NCBI GenBank assembly: GCA_038328755.1
Contig: JBBQMH010000005.1
Span: 88 to 64,087 of the forward strand
Length of the DNA stretch: 64,000 nucleotides
Direction: 5' to 3'
From: Candidatus Limnocylindrales bacterium
GTDB taxonomy: Bacteria; Chloroflexota; Limnocylindria; Limnocylindrales; CSP1-4
The position numbers were made by a program, and so were the translations under genes. The notes under the pieces were generated by a model. That model did no database searches, was not told the origin of the DNA, and saw only the letters and a program-made list of their open reading frames with translations. Of this stretch, positions 27,442 through 37,036 are shown in pieces. Position 1 is the first letter of the stretch. Every line of letters starts with the position of its first letter.

Positions 27442-28445
27442 TCCTCCTGAGCTCGGTCGCCCCAGACCCCGGACCAGCCGGACGCACACGGCCGAGCAGC
27501 ACGTCTGAGCGCGCGCAGGTCTTCGTGGCGGCGCGGCTGGATCTGGCGGCGTCCCTCGGCCGTCGACTGGCTGATCGCGTGGGAGACCCAGCCGGCCTCG
27601 CGGTCGCGCTCCGTCAAGCGATGGGCGAACTTGCCGATCCGGACTGTCGGGCCGGCCAGCAGTTCGTGGCGCCCGGCATTGGCGCGACCCACGGCGTCCG
27701 CAGCCCGTTGCTGCGCGGACTGAGCCGCGGGTTCCGCGGGGCAACCCGGAGCGACTCCCCGGATACCCTCCTGCTGATGGCGGACCGCCTCCTGCGTGAA
27801 CCCGAACTCGAAGCGCGCCTGTTCGCGTTCGACATCCTGTCCGGGACACTGCCGCGCGAGCGTGAGCGGACCTGGCAGATCATGCGGCGGGCAAGCCGCG
27901 AGGCGGGCGACTGGATCACGGTCGACACCCTTGCCCACACGGTCGCGAGCGGCATCCTGACCGAACCATACCGGTGGGCCGAACTGGAACAGCTGGTCTA
28001 CGCGCCGTCACGCTGGGAGCGTCGCCTCGTCGGCTCCACGATCGCGACCATTCCGTTCGCCAGTCGATCGGCCGGCCGGACCCCCGAAGTCGCCAGGCGG
28101 GGGCTCGAGCTGCTGGCGCTGCTGATCGGCGACGCCGAGCCGGACGTACAGAAGGCCATCTCGTGGGCCTATCGATCGATGGCGATCGTTGACATCGGGG
28201 CCACGACGGCGGCACTGGACACCCAGGCGACACGGGCCGCGGCAACGAACGACGGCCACCGGGCGTGGGTCATCAGGGATTCCCTGGCCAAGATCGATCC
28301 GGGCGCGGCCGATCGGATCCGATCCCGCCTCGAGGGCATCCGACGTCGATCCACGGCCCCTGCGACATCCGAAGCCGCCGGGATTGCGGCGCGATTCGCC
28401 GACCTGGGCCTTGGGCGACCTCTTCCTGAACCACCACTGAGCTGA
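27438..28445 (+). CDS. AlkD-like HEAT-repeat protein (DNA alkylation repair family)
   Basis: The internal ATG at 27438 overlaps the thioesterase stop (ATGA). The helical-repeat sequence includes DWITVDTLA..., SRWERRL and ...[16 protein letters not shown], typical of the DNA alkylation repair enzyme family. The upstream part of ORF 27120..28445 overlaps the thioesterase and is rejected. Confidence 0.5.
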
Positions 28446-28464
28446 CCGAAGGAGCCATCCAGAC

Positions 28465-31038
28465 GTGACCGACGATATCGGCGACATCAGGGGCATTCGC
28501 ATCTCGGACGAGATGCGGGTCTCGTATCTCGACTACGCGATGAGCGTCATCGTGTCTCGCGCACTGCCCGATGTCCGCGACGGACTCAAGCCCGTCCACC
28601 GCCGAATCCTGTACACGATGGGCGAGATGGGCCTGTCGGCGACGAGCTCCTTCCGGAAGTGCGCCGCGATCGTCGGCGAGGTCATGGGCAAGTACCACCC
28701 GCATGGCGACGTGGCGCTCTACGACGCGCTCGTGCGGCTGGCCCAGGACTTCTCGATGCGCTACCCGCTCATCGATGGCCAGGGCAACTTTGGATCGGTC
28801 GATGGCGACGCCGCGGCGGCCATGCGGTACACGGAGGCGCGGCTGACCGCGATCTCGGCCGAGTTGCTCGCCGATATCGACAAGGAGACCGTCGATTTCG
28901 AGGACAACTACGACGGAACCCAACGGCAGCCGAGCGTCCTTCCGGCCAAGATCCCGAACCTCCTGATCAACGGCAGCTCCGGCATCGCCGTCGGCATGGC
29001 CACGAACATCCCACCCCACCACCTGGGCGAGATCGTCGACGCCACGATCGCCCTGATTGAAGACCCGGCGATCACGACCGACGACCTGTGCACCTATGTG
29101 ACCGGGCCAGATTTCCCGACCGGCGGCACGATCTTCCGGTTCGAGAAGCAGCGGAACCTGATCAGCGGCGAGTGGGAGACGATCGACGCGATCCGCCAGA
29201 TGTATGCCCACGGACGCGGTCGGGTCGTGATGCGCGCCCAGGTGGCGTTCGAGGAGGTCCGCGGGGATCGGATGGCGATCATCGTCACCGAGCTGCCATA
29301 CCAGGTGAACAAGTCCAGCCTGCTCGAAAAGATCGCCGACCTGGTCAAGGACAAGAAGATCGACGGCATCTCGGACCTGCGCGATGAATCCGATCGCGAC
29401 GGCATGCGGATCTACATCGAGCTCAAGCGGGACGCGAACCCCCACAAGGTCCTCAACAACCTGTTCAAGCACACGGCGATGCAGGCGGCCTTCAACATGA
29501 ACATGCTTGCCCTCGTCGGCGGGCAACCCCAGACGCTGCCGCTCAAGTCCGTTCTCCAGCACCACGTGGACCACCGCCGCGAGATCGTCCGGCGGCGGAC
29601 CGAGTTTGACCTGGGCAAGGCGAGGGATCGAGCGCACATCCTCGAGGGCCTCAAGAAGGCGCTCGACAACCTGGATGCGGTCATCAAGACGATCCGCGCC
29701 TCGGCCGACACCGAGACCGCCAAGGCCAACCTCATGGCCGGCTTCGATCTCAGTGAGCGCCAGGCCCAGGCGATCCTCGACATGCGGCTGGCGCGACTGG
29801 CCGCGCTCGAGCGCAAGAAGATCGAGGACGAGTACCTGTCGATCATCCAGCTCATCGCGGAGCTGGAGGACATCCTCGCCAACCCGGCCCGGGTCCTGGC
29901 GATCATCAAGGACGAGCTCCTCGACGTGAAGAAGCGCTACGCCGGCGATCGGAAGACGAGGGTCGAGGACGATTCATCGCGCGAGCTGACCGACGAGGAC
30001 CTCATCGCGGACGAGGACGTCGTGATCACGATCAGCGGGCGGGGCTACATCAAGCGCCAGCCGGTGGCGACCTATCGGCGCCAGGGTCGGGGCGGCAAGG
30101 GGATCATCGGCCACGTCACGCGGGAAGAGGACGCGGTCAAGCACCTCCTGGTCGCCAGCACTCACGACTGGGCTCTGTTCTTCACCAACCGCGGGCGTGT
30201 GTTCTCGGCCAAGGTCCACTCGATCCCGGATGCCAGTCGCCAGGCCAAGGGCATGCCGATCATCAATCTGCCCGGGGTCCAGGTGGAGTCCGGCGAGGTC
30301 CCGATGGCCACGATCACTCTGCCGTCGTTCGCGGCCGGGAGCTATCTCGTCCTGGCAACCACCAGCGGCAAGATCAAGAAGACGCCACTCGAGCAGTTCG
30401 AGCGGGTCCGTTCGACGGGAATCCGGGCGATCACCCTCGACGAGAAGGACGAGCTGGCCTGGGTGGACGTCTCGTCCGGCGAGGATGACGTGATCATCGC
30501 CACGGCCCAGGGCATGCTCGCCCGGTTCGAGGAGAGCGAGGTTCGGGCGATGGGTCGCGATGCGGCCGGGGTCATCGGGATCCGCCTCCTCAAGAAGGCC
30601 GATGACCGCGTGGTGTCGATGAGCGTCGTCCGGCCGGGCGCCGACCTCCTCGTCCTGACGGAGACGGGCTACGGCAAACGGGTCGCCCTGACCGAGTTCC
30701 GCCTCAAGCACCGAGGCGGCCAGGGGGTCCGGTTGATTGCGATCGAAGGCCGCAAGACCGGCGTCGTGTCGGCCGTCCAGCAGGTCACCGAGCTGGATGA
30801 GGAGCTGGTCCTGATCTCCGCCCACGGCCAGGTCGTCCGAACCGAGCTCGGTTCCATCAACCGCTACTCGCCGGGCGCTCGCGGGGTCATCGTCATGCGC
30901 CTCAACGAGGGTGATCGGGTCGTCGGTATCGCCGCATTCAGTCCGGGGCTGGCGGAAGGCCGCGACAACAGCGACAATGGCGATCCGGAAGTGCCCGACG
31001 CAGGCGATGGCGGCGGCACCCCGGGGCGCGACGCCTGA
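28465..31038 (+). CDS. gyrA: DNA gyrase subunit A
   Basis: [20 protein letters not shown] and [11 protein letters not shown] (catalytic Tyr). The C-terminal beta-pinwheel repeats are present. Confidence 0.97.
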   Translation: MTDDIGDIRGIRISDEMRVSYLDYAMSVIVSRALPDVRDGLKPVHRRILYTMGEMGLSATSSFRKCAAIVGEVMGKYHPHGDVALYDALVRLAQDFSMRYPLIDGQGNFGSVDGDAAAAMRYTEARLTAISAELLADIDKETVDFEDNYDGTQRQPSVLPAKIPNLLINGSSGIAVGMATNIPPHHLGEIVDATIALIEDPAITTDDLCTYVTGPDFPTGGTIFRFEKQRNLISGEWETIDAIRQMYAHGRGRVVMRAQVAFEEVRGDRMAIIVTELPYQVNKSSLLEKIADLVKDKKIDGISDLRDESDRDGMRIYIELKRDANPHKVLNNLFKHTAMQAAFNMNMLALVGGQPQTLPLKSVLQHHVDHRREIVRRRTEFDLGKARDRAHILEGLKKALDNLDAVIKTIRASADTETAKANLMAGFDLSERQAQAILDMRLARLAALERKKIEDEYLSIIQLIAELEDILANPARVLAIIKDELLDVKKRYAGDRKTRVEDDSSRELTDEDLIADEDVVITISGRGYIKRQPVATYRRQGRGGKGIIGHVTREEDAVKHLLVASTHDWALFFTNRGRVFSAKVHSIPDASRQAKGMPIINLPGVQVESGEVPMATITLPSFAAGSYLVLATTSGKIKKTPLEQFERVRSTGIRAITLDEKDELAWVDVSSGEDDVIIATAQGMLARFEESEVRAMGRDAAGVIGIRLLKKADDRVVSMSVVRPGADLLVLTETGYGKRVALTEFRLKHRGGQGVRLIAIEGRKTGVVSAVQQVTELDEELVLISAHGQVVRTELGSINRYSPGARGVIVMRLNEGDRVVGIAAFSPGLAEGRDNSDNGDPEVPDAGDGGGTPGRDA

Positions 31039-31076
31039 TCGGCGCGTTCCGGCCCGGCGAGCGGAAGGAGTCCTCC

Positions 31077-32168
31077 GTGTACGCGGACCAGTTCGAGATC
31101 TACCACGGCAACTCGAACCCGGATCTCGCCCGGAAGATCTCCCGATATCTTGGCGCCGAAACCGGGCGCCTCGACGTCTTCAAGTTCGCCAACGAGAACA
31201 TCTTCGTCAAGATCCTGGACAACGTCCGGGAGAAGGACGTCTTCATCGTCCAGCCGACCTGCCGCCCGGTCGACGAGTCGAACACGGTCAACGACGCGAT
31301 CATGGAGCTCCTGATCATGATCGACGCCTTCAAGCGGGCGAGTGCCGGCCGGATCACGGCCGTGGTTCCGTACTACGGCTACGGGCGCTCGGACAAGAAG
31401 GACCAACCGCGCGTTCCCATCACTGCCCGGCTCGTGGCCGACATGCTGACGGTCGCCGGCGCGGATCGGATCCTGACTATGGACCTGCACCAGGGCCAGA
31501 TCCAGGGGTTCTTCAACATCCCGGTCGACGAACTGACCGCGGTTCACATCCTGTCCAACTACTTCAAGCACAAGCATCTCGACGATGTCGTGGTGGTGAC
31601 CGACCTCGGGTTTGCCAAGCGGGCCAGAACCTTCGCGGAGCTGCTCGACGCACCGCTGGCGATCATCGAGAAGCGGCGGGTCGGGAACCTCGATCGAGCG
31701 GAGCTCATGAACGTCATCGGCGACGTGCGGGGCCGACGCGCCGTGATCGTCGACGATGAGATCGACACCGGCGGGACGCTGAGCGAGACCGTCCGGGCCC
31801 TGGAGCGGGAGGGTGTTACCGAGATCTACGCCTGCGCGACGCACGGGATCCTGTCCGACCCGGCCATCGAGCGGATCTCCCAGTCCTCGCTGCGCGAAGT
31901 CGTCCTGACCGACACGGTGCCGCTGCCCCCCGCCAAGCGCATCCCCCAGATCACCACGCTGTCGATCGCGCCCCTCATCGGCGAGGCCATCAAGCGGATC
32001 CACCGCGGCGAGTCCGTCGGTGCGCTGTTCAGCAGCGAAGTCGAGTTCACCCAGGAGATGCTGCTCTGGGAAGACGGTGTTGCGAAGAAGCTCGATACTC
32101 GCAACGAACCGGATCATGCGGCCGAGGGTGACGACTCGATGGTCACGGCCAAGGCAGGAGATCGATGA
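31077..32168 (+). CDS. prs: Ribose-phosphate pyrophosphokinase
   Basis: FANENIFVKILDNVREKDVFIVQ, YYGYGRSDKK and VIVDDEIDTGGTL. It carries about 40 extra C-terminal residues. Confidence 0.93.
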   Translation: MYADQFEIYHGNSNPDLARKISRYLGAETGRLDVFKFANENIFVKILDNVREKDVFIVQPTCRPVDESNTVNDAIMELLIMIDAFKRASAGRITAVVPYYGYGRSDKKDQPRVPITARLVADMLTVAGADRILTMDLHQGQIQGFFNIPVDELTAVHILSNYFKHKHLDDVVVVTDLGFAKRARTFAELLDAPLAIIEKRRVGNLDRAELMNVIGDVRGRRAVIVDDEIDTGGTLSETVRALEREGVTEIYACATHGILSDPAIERISQSSLREVVLTDTVPLPPAKRIPQITTLSIAPLIGEAIKRIHRGESVGALFSSEVEFTQEMLLWEDGVAKKLDTRNEPDHAAEGDDSMVTAKAGDR

Positions 32169-32425
32169 GCCTTCAGCTTCACCGACCGGATGGCAAAGGC
32201 GGGCTCGAGCAACGGCCCGTCGTCGAGCGCGACTATCGCGGCCAGCTCCGCTCATCGCGCTGGGGTGCCGCGCTGAGCAAGGGCCGCCTGCCCGAGCTGG
32301 GAAACCCGGAGATGAACCCGACGTCCGTCGCGCGATCGGCAGCATTCTGGCTGGTGCTCGCCGCCGCCACGTTCGGCATCCTGGTGGTTGGCTACGGCAC
32401 GGGGTTCTGGTCGCTGATTCGCTGA
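32165..32425 (+). CDS. Hypothetical small membrane protein (86 aa) translationally coupled to prs
   Basis: Its ATG overlaps the prs stop (ATGA). It has a single C-terminal TM segment AAFWLVLAAATFGILVVGYGTGFW. I recognise no family. Confidence 0.4.
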   Translation: MSLQLHRPDGKGGLEQRPVVERDYRGQLRSSRWGAALSKGRLPELGNPEMNPTSVARSAAFWLVLAAATFGILVVGYGTGFWSLIR

Positions 32426-32448
32426 CCCTCGGCTAGACTGCAACGTCC

Positions 32449-35418
32449 ATGCTGGGATTTCTGTCCCGCTTCGTTGACTCGAACGATCGAGAACTGAAGC
32501 GGATCCAACCGCTCGTCGACGCTTCGAACGTACTCGAGGCCGAGATCCAGGCGCTCTCCGACGAGGAGATCCGCGCCAGGTTCACCGAACTCCGCGCCGA
32601 GATCGCCGAGGTCGCCGTTCCCGACGAGCCGACCGACGACGAGCTTCACCATCCCGACCTCGAGCGCCGCCGGGACATCGCCAAGGCCCGTCGAGCCCGC
32701 GAGAACGAGCGTCTCCAGGCCGCCCTCGACGAGGTCCTGCCCGACGTCTTCGCGATGGGTCGCGAGGCAATGAGCCGGACGCTCGGGATGCGCCACTTCG
32801 ACGAGCAGCTCGTCGGCGGCGCGGTTCTCCATCAGGGCAAGATCGCCGAGATGAAGACGGGCGAGGGAAAGACCCTCGTCCCGACGCTGGCGGCGGCCCT
32901 CAACGCACTGACCGGGCGCGGTGTCCACGTCGTCACCGTCAACGACTACCTGGCCAGGCGTGACCCACAGTGGATGGGTCCGGCCTTCCATTTCCTGGGT
33001 CTCAGCGTCGGCATGATCACGCATGAAGCGTCGTTCGTGTTCGAACCCGGCTATCCCACCAACGACGAGCGCCTGATCAACCTGAAGCCCGTGACGCGCC
33101 GCGAGGCGTACGCGGCGGATATCACCTACGGCACGAACAACGAGTACGGGTTCGACTACCTCCGGGACAACATGGTCACCGAGCTGGATCAGCGGGTCCA
33201 GCGCGAGCGCTACTTCGCGATCGTCGACGAGGTCGACAACATCCTTATCGACGAGGCCCGGACACCGCTCATCATCAGCGGTCAGGCTGAGGAATCCGGC
33301 GACCTCTACTACCAGTTCGCTCGCCTGGTCCCACGAATGTCGCCGCGCCCAGAGGACGCGGAAGAGGGCGGCGACTACTTCGTCGACCTGAAGGACAAGG
33401 CCGTCTCGCCGACCGAAGAGGGCGTCGACAAGATGGAGAAGCTCCTCGGGATCGAGAATCTGTTCGATGCCGATCCGCGCCTGGCTCGACATTTCGAGCA
33501 GGCCCTGCGGGCTCACGCGCTGTACAAGCGGGACCGCGACTACATCGTCAAAGATGGTGAGATCGTCATCGTCGACGAGTTCACCGGGCGCCAGATGCCC
33601 GGCCGACGCTGGAGCGAGGGCCTCCACCAGGCGATCGAGGCGAAGGAGGGACTTCGCGTTCAGCGCGAGTCCGTGACGCTCGCGACGATCACGTTCCAGA
33701 ACTACTTCCGGCTCTACGACAAGCTGTCCGGCATGACCGGCACGGCGATGACCGAGGCCGAAGAGTTCTCCAAGATCTACAAGCTCGAGGTCGTGGCGGT
33801 CCCGACACACCGGCCGATGATCCGGGCAGACGGAACCGACCTCGTCTATCGCAGCGAAGATGCCAAGTTCCACGCCGTCATCGATGAAATCGCCGCGATG
33901 CAGGAGATCGGACGGCCGGTCCTGGTCGGCACGGTCTCGGTCGAGACCTCCGAGCGCCTCGGCGAGCTGCTGAAGCGCCGCGGGATCAAGCACGAGGTCC
34001 TGAACGCCAAGTTCCACGAACGGGAGTCTCTGGTCGTGGCCCAGGCCGGGCAGAGCGGTGCCGTGACCATCGCGACCAACATGGCCGGCCGCGGAACGGA
34101 TATCCAGCTCGGCGGCAACCCGGCCGGTCTCGCCTCGGATCTGCTCCACCAGCGCGGGCTCAACCCGGCCGAGGTGGACAAGGAGACCTACGACGAGGCG
34201 TTCGCCGAGGCGAAGCGGATCTGTGACGAGGACCACGAGCGGGTCGTTGCCGCCGGCGGACTCCACATCGTCGGCACCGAGCGCCACGACAGCCGCCGGA
34301 TCGACAACCAGTTGCGCGGCCGGGCCGGTCGCCAGGGCGACCCGGGATCGTCCCGCTTCTACCTGTCCCTCGACGACGACCTGATGAAGCGGTTCGCGTC
34401 AGAGCGGGTGACGTCGATCATGGAGCGCCTCGGCCTGGACGACGAGACCTACATCGAGTCAGGCATCGTTGGCAAGACCATCGAGAGCGCGCAGAGCCGC
34501 GTCGAGGGCTTCAACTTCGACATCCGGAAGCGCGTCGTCGAGTTCGATGACGTCATCAATCGGCAGCGAGAGACGATCTACGCCGAGCGCGACAAGGTCC
34601 TCCGGAACGAGGACCTGACGGACACCGTTCGCGCTTTCCTGGACGAAGAGAGCGACTCGCTCGTCCACTCGCACCTCAGCGGGGCGATCGATCAGTGGGG
34701 CATGGAAGGGCTGATCGAGGCCCTCAAGCGGATGGGCGTCGGCCCGGAGGATATCTCCGAGGACGAGCTGTGGGACCTCCGCGATGCCGATCTGGCCCGG
34801 GCTCGACTGAGCGAGATCGTCAACGACAAGCTCGACGCCAAGGAGTCCGAGGTCGGCGAGGAATGGTCCATGGTCGAGCGCTTCGTGCTGCTTCGGACCA
34901 TCGATTCGCTGTGGGTCGAGCACCTGACCGAGCTGGACGACATGCGGCGAGGGATCGGGCTCCGCGGCTACGCCCAGGAGGATCCGCTCAACGCCTTCCG
35001 CAAGGAGGCGTTCCGGCTGTACGAAGAGCTCGGGGGCTTCATCCGGCACCAGGTGGCGAGCACCATCTTCCGGGTCACGATCACGCACCAGCCGGCACCG
35101 CCGCCGAGCGGCGTTTTTCCGCTGGCTGGTCCCGGCATACCAGCCCGCGCTGGCGGGGCGGGAGACGGGGTTGCCGGACAGATCACGGCAGGCGCCCGCG
35201 CTGCGCGGACTGCCGGAGCGGGGATCGGAGCGGGTGTGGCCGGATTGGGGGCCGCCTCCGGCGTCGGTTCCGGCGTCGGTTCCGGCGTCGGTTCCGCGTC
35301 GTCGGGTGGGGAGCGGCAGGCGCGACCGGGCCACACCCCCACCGGTGACAAGATCGGTCGCAACGATCCGTGCTGGTGCGGGTCCGGCCTGAAGTACAAG
35401 AAGTGTCACGGCCGCTGA
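32449..35418 (+). CDS. secA: Preprotein translocase ATPase SecA
   Basis: 989 aa. Contains MKTGEGKTLV and DEVDNILIDEARTPLIISG, plus the C-terminal Zn motif CWCGSGLKYKKCHG. Confidence 0.97.
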   Translation: MLGFLSRFVDSNDRELKRIQPLVDASNVLEAEIQALSDEEIRARFTELRAEIAEVAVPDEPTDDELHHPDLERRRDIAKARRARENERLQAALDEVLPDVFAMGREAMSRTLGMRHFDEQLVGGAVLHQGKIAEMKTGEGKTLVPTLAAALNALTGRGVHVVTVNDYLARRDPQWMGPAFHFLGLSVGMITHEASFVFEPGYPTNDERLINLKPVTRREAYAADITYGTNNEYGFDYLRDNMVTELDQRVQRERYFAIVDEVDNILIDEARTPLIISGQAEESGDLYYQFARLVPRMSPRPEDAEEGGDYFVDLKDKAVSPTEEGVDKMEKLLGIENLFDADPRLARHFEQALRAHALYKRDRDYIVKDGEIVIVDEFTGRQMPGRRWSEGLHQAIEAKEGLRVQRESVTLATITFQNYFRLYDKLSGMTGTAMTEAEEFSKIYKLEVVAVPTHRPMIRADGTDLVYRSEDAKFHAVIDEIAAMQEIGRPVLVGTVSVETSERLGELLKRRGIKHEVLNAKFHERESLVVAQAGQSGAVTIATNMAGRGTDIQLGGNPAGLASDLLHQRGLNPAEVDKETYDEAFAEAKRICDEDHERVVAAGGLHIVGTERHDSRRIDNQLRGRAGRQGDPGSSRFYLSLDDDLMKRFASERVTSIMERLGLDDETYIESGIVGKTIESAQSRVEGFNFDIRKRVVEFDDVINRQRETIYAERDKVLRNEDLTDTVRAFLDEESDSLVHSHLSGAIDQWGMEGLIEALKRMGVGPEDISEDELWDLRDADLARARLSEIVNDKLDAKESEVGEEWSMVERFVLLRTIDSLWVEHLTELDDMRRGIGLRGYAQEDPLNAFRKEAFRLYEELGGFIRHQVASTIFRVTITHQPAPPPSGVFPLAGPGIPARAGGAGDGVAGQITAGARAARTAGAGIGAGVAGLGAASGVGSGVGSGVGSASSGGERQARPGHTPTGDKIGRNDPCWCGSGLKYKKCHGR
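35260..35295 (+). repeat. 3 x 12-bp perfect tandem repeat (ggcgtcggttcc) inside the secA C-terminal linker
   Basis: Read directly from the sequence. It encodes GVGSGVGSGVGS. Confidence 0.9.
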
Positions 35419-35540
35419 AGCTGGGTGGCAGCTGAGGTCCGGCGGCAGCTGAGCCGCTGAACCGGGCCTCGCGGGCCGGGCCTCGCGGGCCGTCGGTCGG
35501 GCATTATTCACATTCGGCGCAGGAATCTTCACCTTCCCTC

Positions 35541-35569
35541 TTGGCGATCCGGGCGCGCGCACCTATACT
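35541..35569 (+). promoter_or_regulatory. Candidate sigma-70-type promoter for the Cys-rich sORF and prfB
   Basis: TTGGCG (35541-35546), a 17-nt spacer, then TATACT (35564-35569). It sits in a locally lower-GC patch after the secA stop. Confidence 0.45.
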
Positions 35570-35643
35570 CCGCACAACTTCCGCGCAACGGGACCCCGTC
35601 CCACCCCGGCAACCCCCGCGCCCCGCCCGCCATTGCCCACGGT

Positions 35644-35886
35644 GTGTTGAGAGAGGGATTTGTGAAGCAGGCTGAGGAAGCGAGTTTCGTTGACCTGATC
35701 GCCTGCGAGCGCGATTGCCGGAACTGCAGCTACGCCGCCGCACTCGACTGCGATGGCAACTGCGGCGTCTGTCCCCACAACGGCTACTGTCCGTGCGTGA
35801 ACCCCGTCGTCGCCCGGAGCAAGTCGGCTCTCCGACTCATCGAGCTCCGTCCGATCCTGCTCCAGGACCTCCAGGTCCGGAACTGA
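35644..35886 (+). CDS. Cysteine-rich small protein (80 aa from GTG 35644, or 74 aa from GTG 35662); no family recognised
   Basis: Sequence: ...ACERDCRNCSYAAALDCDGNCGVCPHNGYCPCVNP... By my hand count, third-position GC is 56/64 over the last 64 codons, like genuine genes here. GAGAGGGA precedes GTG 35662. The stop TGA (35884-35886) overlaps the prfB ATG (TGATG). Confidence 0.55.
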   Translation: MLREGFVKQAEEASFVDLIACERDCRNCSYAAALDCDGNCGVCPHNGYCPCVNPVVARSKSALRLIELRPILLQDLQVRN

Positions 35887-37017
35887 TGGACGCACCGTCC
35901 ATCCGGGACCTGGTGGAGCGGATCCGGTCGACCTCGGGGCGTCTTTGACCTCGGGACCAAGGAAGCTCAACTAGCGTCACTCGACGCCAGCGGCGCCGAA
36001 CCCGACTTCTGGGAAGATCAGCGCGGGGCACAGACCGTCCTCCGCGAGGCCGAGGGCCTGCGCGACGAGGTCACGCTCTGGCGAGGCGTCGAGAAGCGGG
36101 CCGAGGACCTCGCCGAGCTCCTGGGCCTCCTCCAGGACTCGCCCGACCCCGAGACCGAGGCGGACGTCCAGCGCGAGGCTGATGACCTCGAGCGCGTCTT
36201 TGCCCGGGAACGGACGCTCCTCCTGTTCGGCGGCGAGTACGACGCCAAGAATGCGGTACTCACGATCTCGGCCGGGGCCGGCGGGACCGAGGCCACCGAC
36301 TGGGCCGACATGCTGCTCCGGATGTACCTGCGCTGGGCCGAGCGCCATCGCTTCAAGGCGGATGTCATCGATTCGACCGAGGGTGAGCAGGCGGGGATCA
36401 AGAGCGCCACGGTCAGCGTCACCGGTCGATTTGCGTTCGGCTGGCTCCGGGCAGAGCGTGGCGTGCACCGGCTCGTCCGGATCAGCCCGTATGACGCCCA
36501 GAAGCGCCGCCAGACGACCTTCGCCCTGGTCGAGATCATGCCCGAGGCCGACGACGACGTGGCCATCGAGCTGAACTGGGACGACATCCGGGTCGATACC
36601 TTCCGCTCGTCAGGCGCCGGGGGGCAGCACGTCCAGAAGACCGAATCGGCGATCCGGCTGACCCACAACCCGACGGGGATCGTGGTGACCTGCCAGAACG
36701 AGCGATCGGCCACCCAGAACAAGGAGCTTGCGATCAAGGTCCTCAAGTCCCGCCTGCTGGAACTGGAGCTCGAGAAGCGGGAGGCGGAGCTCCAGCAGCT
36801 TCGCGGCGAGCACGTGACCGCCGGCTGGGGCAACCAGATCCGGAGCTACGTCCTCCACCCGTACCAGATGGTCAAGGACCTCCGCAGCGGCCACGAGACG
36901 TCGAATACCGGAGCGGTCCTGGATGGGGACCTCGATACCTTCATGCAGGCTGAGCTCGAGCGTCTGGCCACGGGACGACCCGCAACGGCAGCGGGCGATA
37001 CCGGCGATACCGAGTGA
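35886..37017 (+). CDS. prfB: Peptide chain release factor 2, made by programmed +1 frameshift at 35943-35949
   Basis: Frame 0 reads ATG 35886 MDAPSIRDLVERIRSTSGRL, then TGA. The +1 frame continues DLGTKEAQLASLDASGAEPDFWEDQRGAQ... and is in frame with track ORF 36310..37017, which contains SGAGGQHVQKTESAIRLTH. Confidence 0.94.
35934..35949 (+). promoter_or_regulatory. RF2 autoregulatory +1 frameshift site (SD-like GGGG, then CTT TGA C)
   Basis: TCG GGG CGT CTT TGA C, compared with E. coli AGG GGG TAT CTT TGA C. Confidence 0.9.
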
Positions 37018-37036
37018 TCGGCCCGATGGGCGGGCG

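Noticed and set aside
35419-35500. Tandem motifs after the secA stop (GGCAGCTGAG twice; GGGCCTCGCGGGCC twice) considered as a REP-like or mobile element
   Set aside because: There are only two copies of each, and I noticed no further copies elsewhere in the window. They are most simply a terminator-proximal GC-rich hairpin region.
35563-35970. 135-aa minus-strand ORF antisense to the Cys-rich sORF and the prfB start
   Set aside because: It overlaps the well-supported prfB initiation and frameshift region, and I recognised no motifs in it. The plus frame has the genome-typical GC3 bias and a promoter/RBS context.
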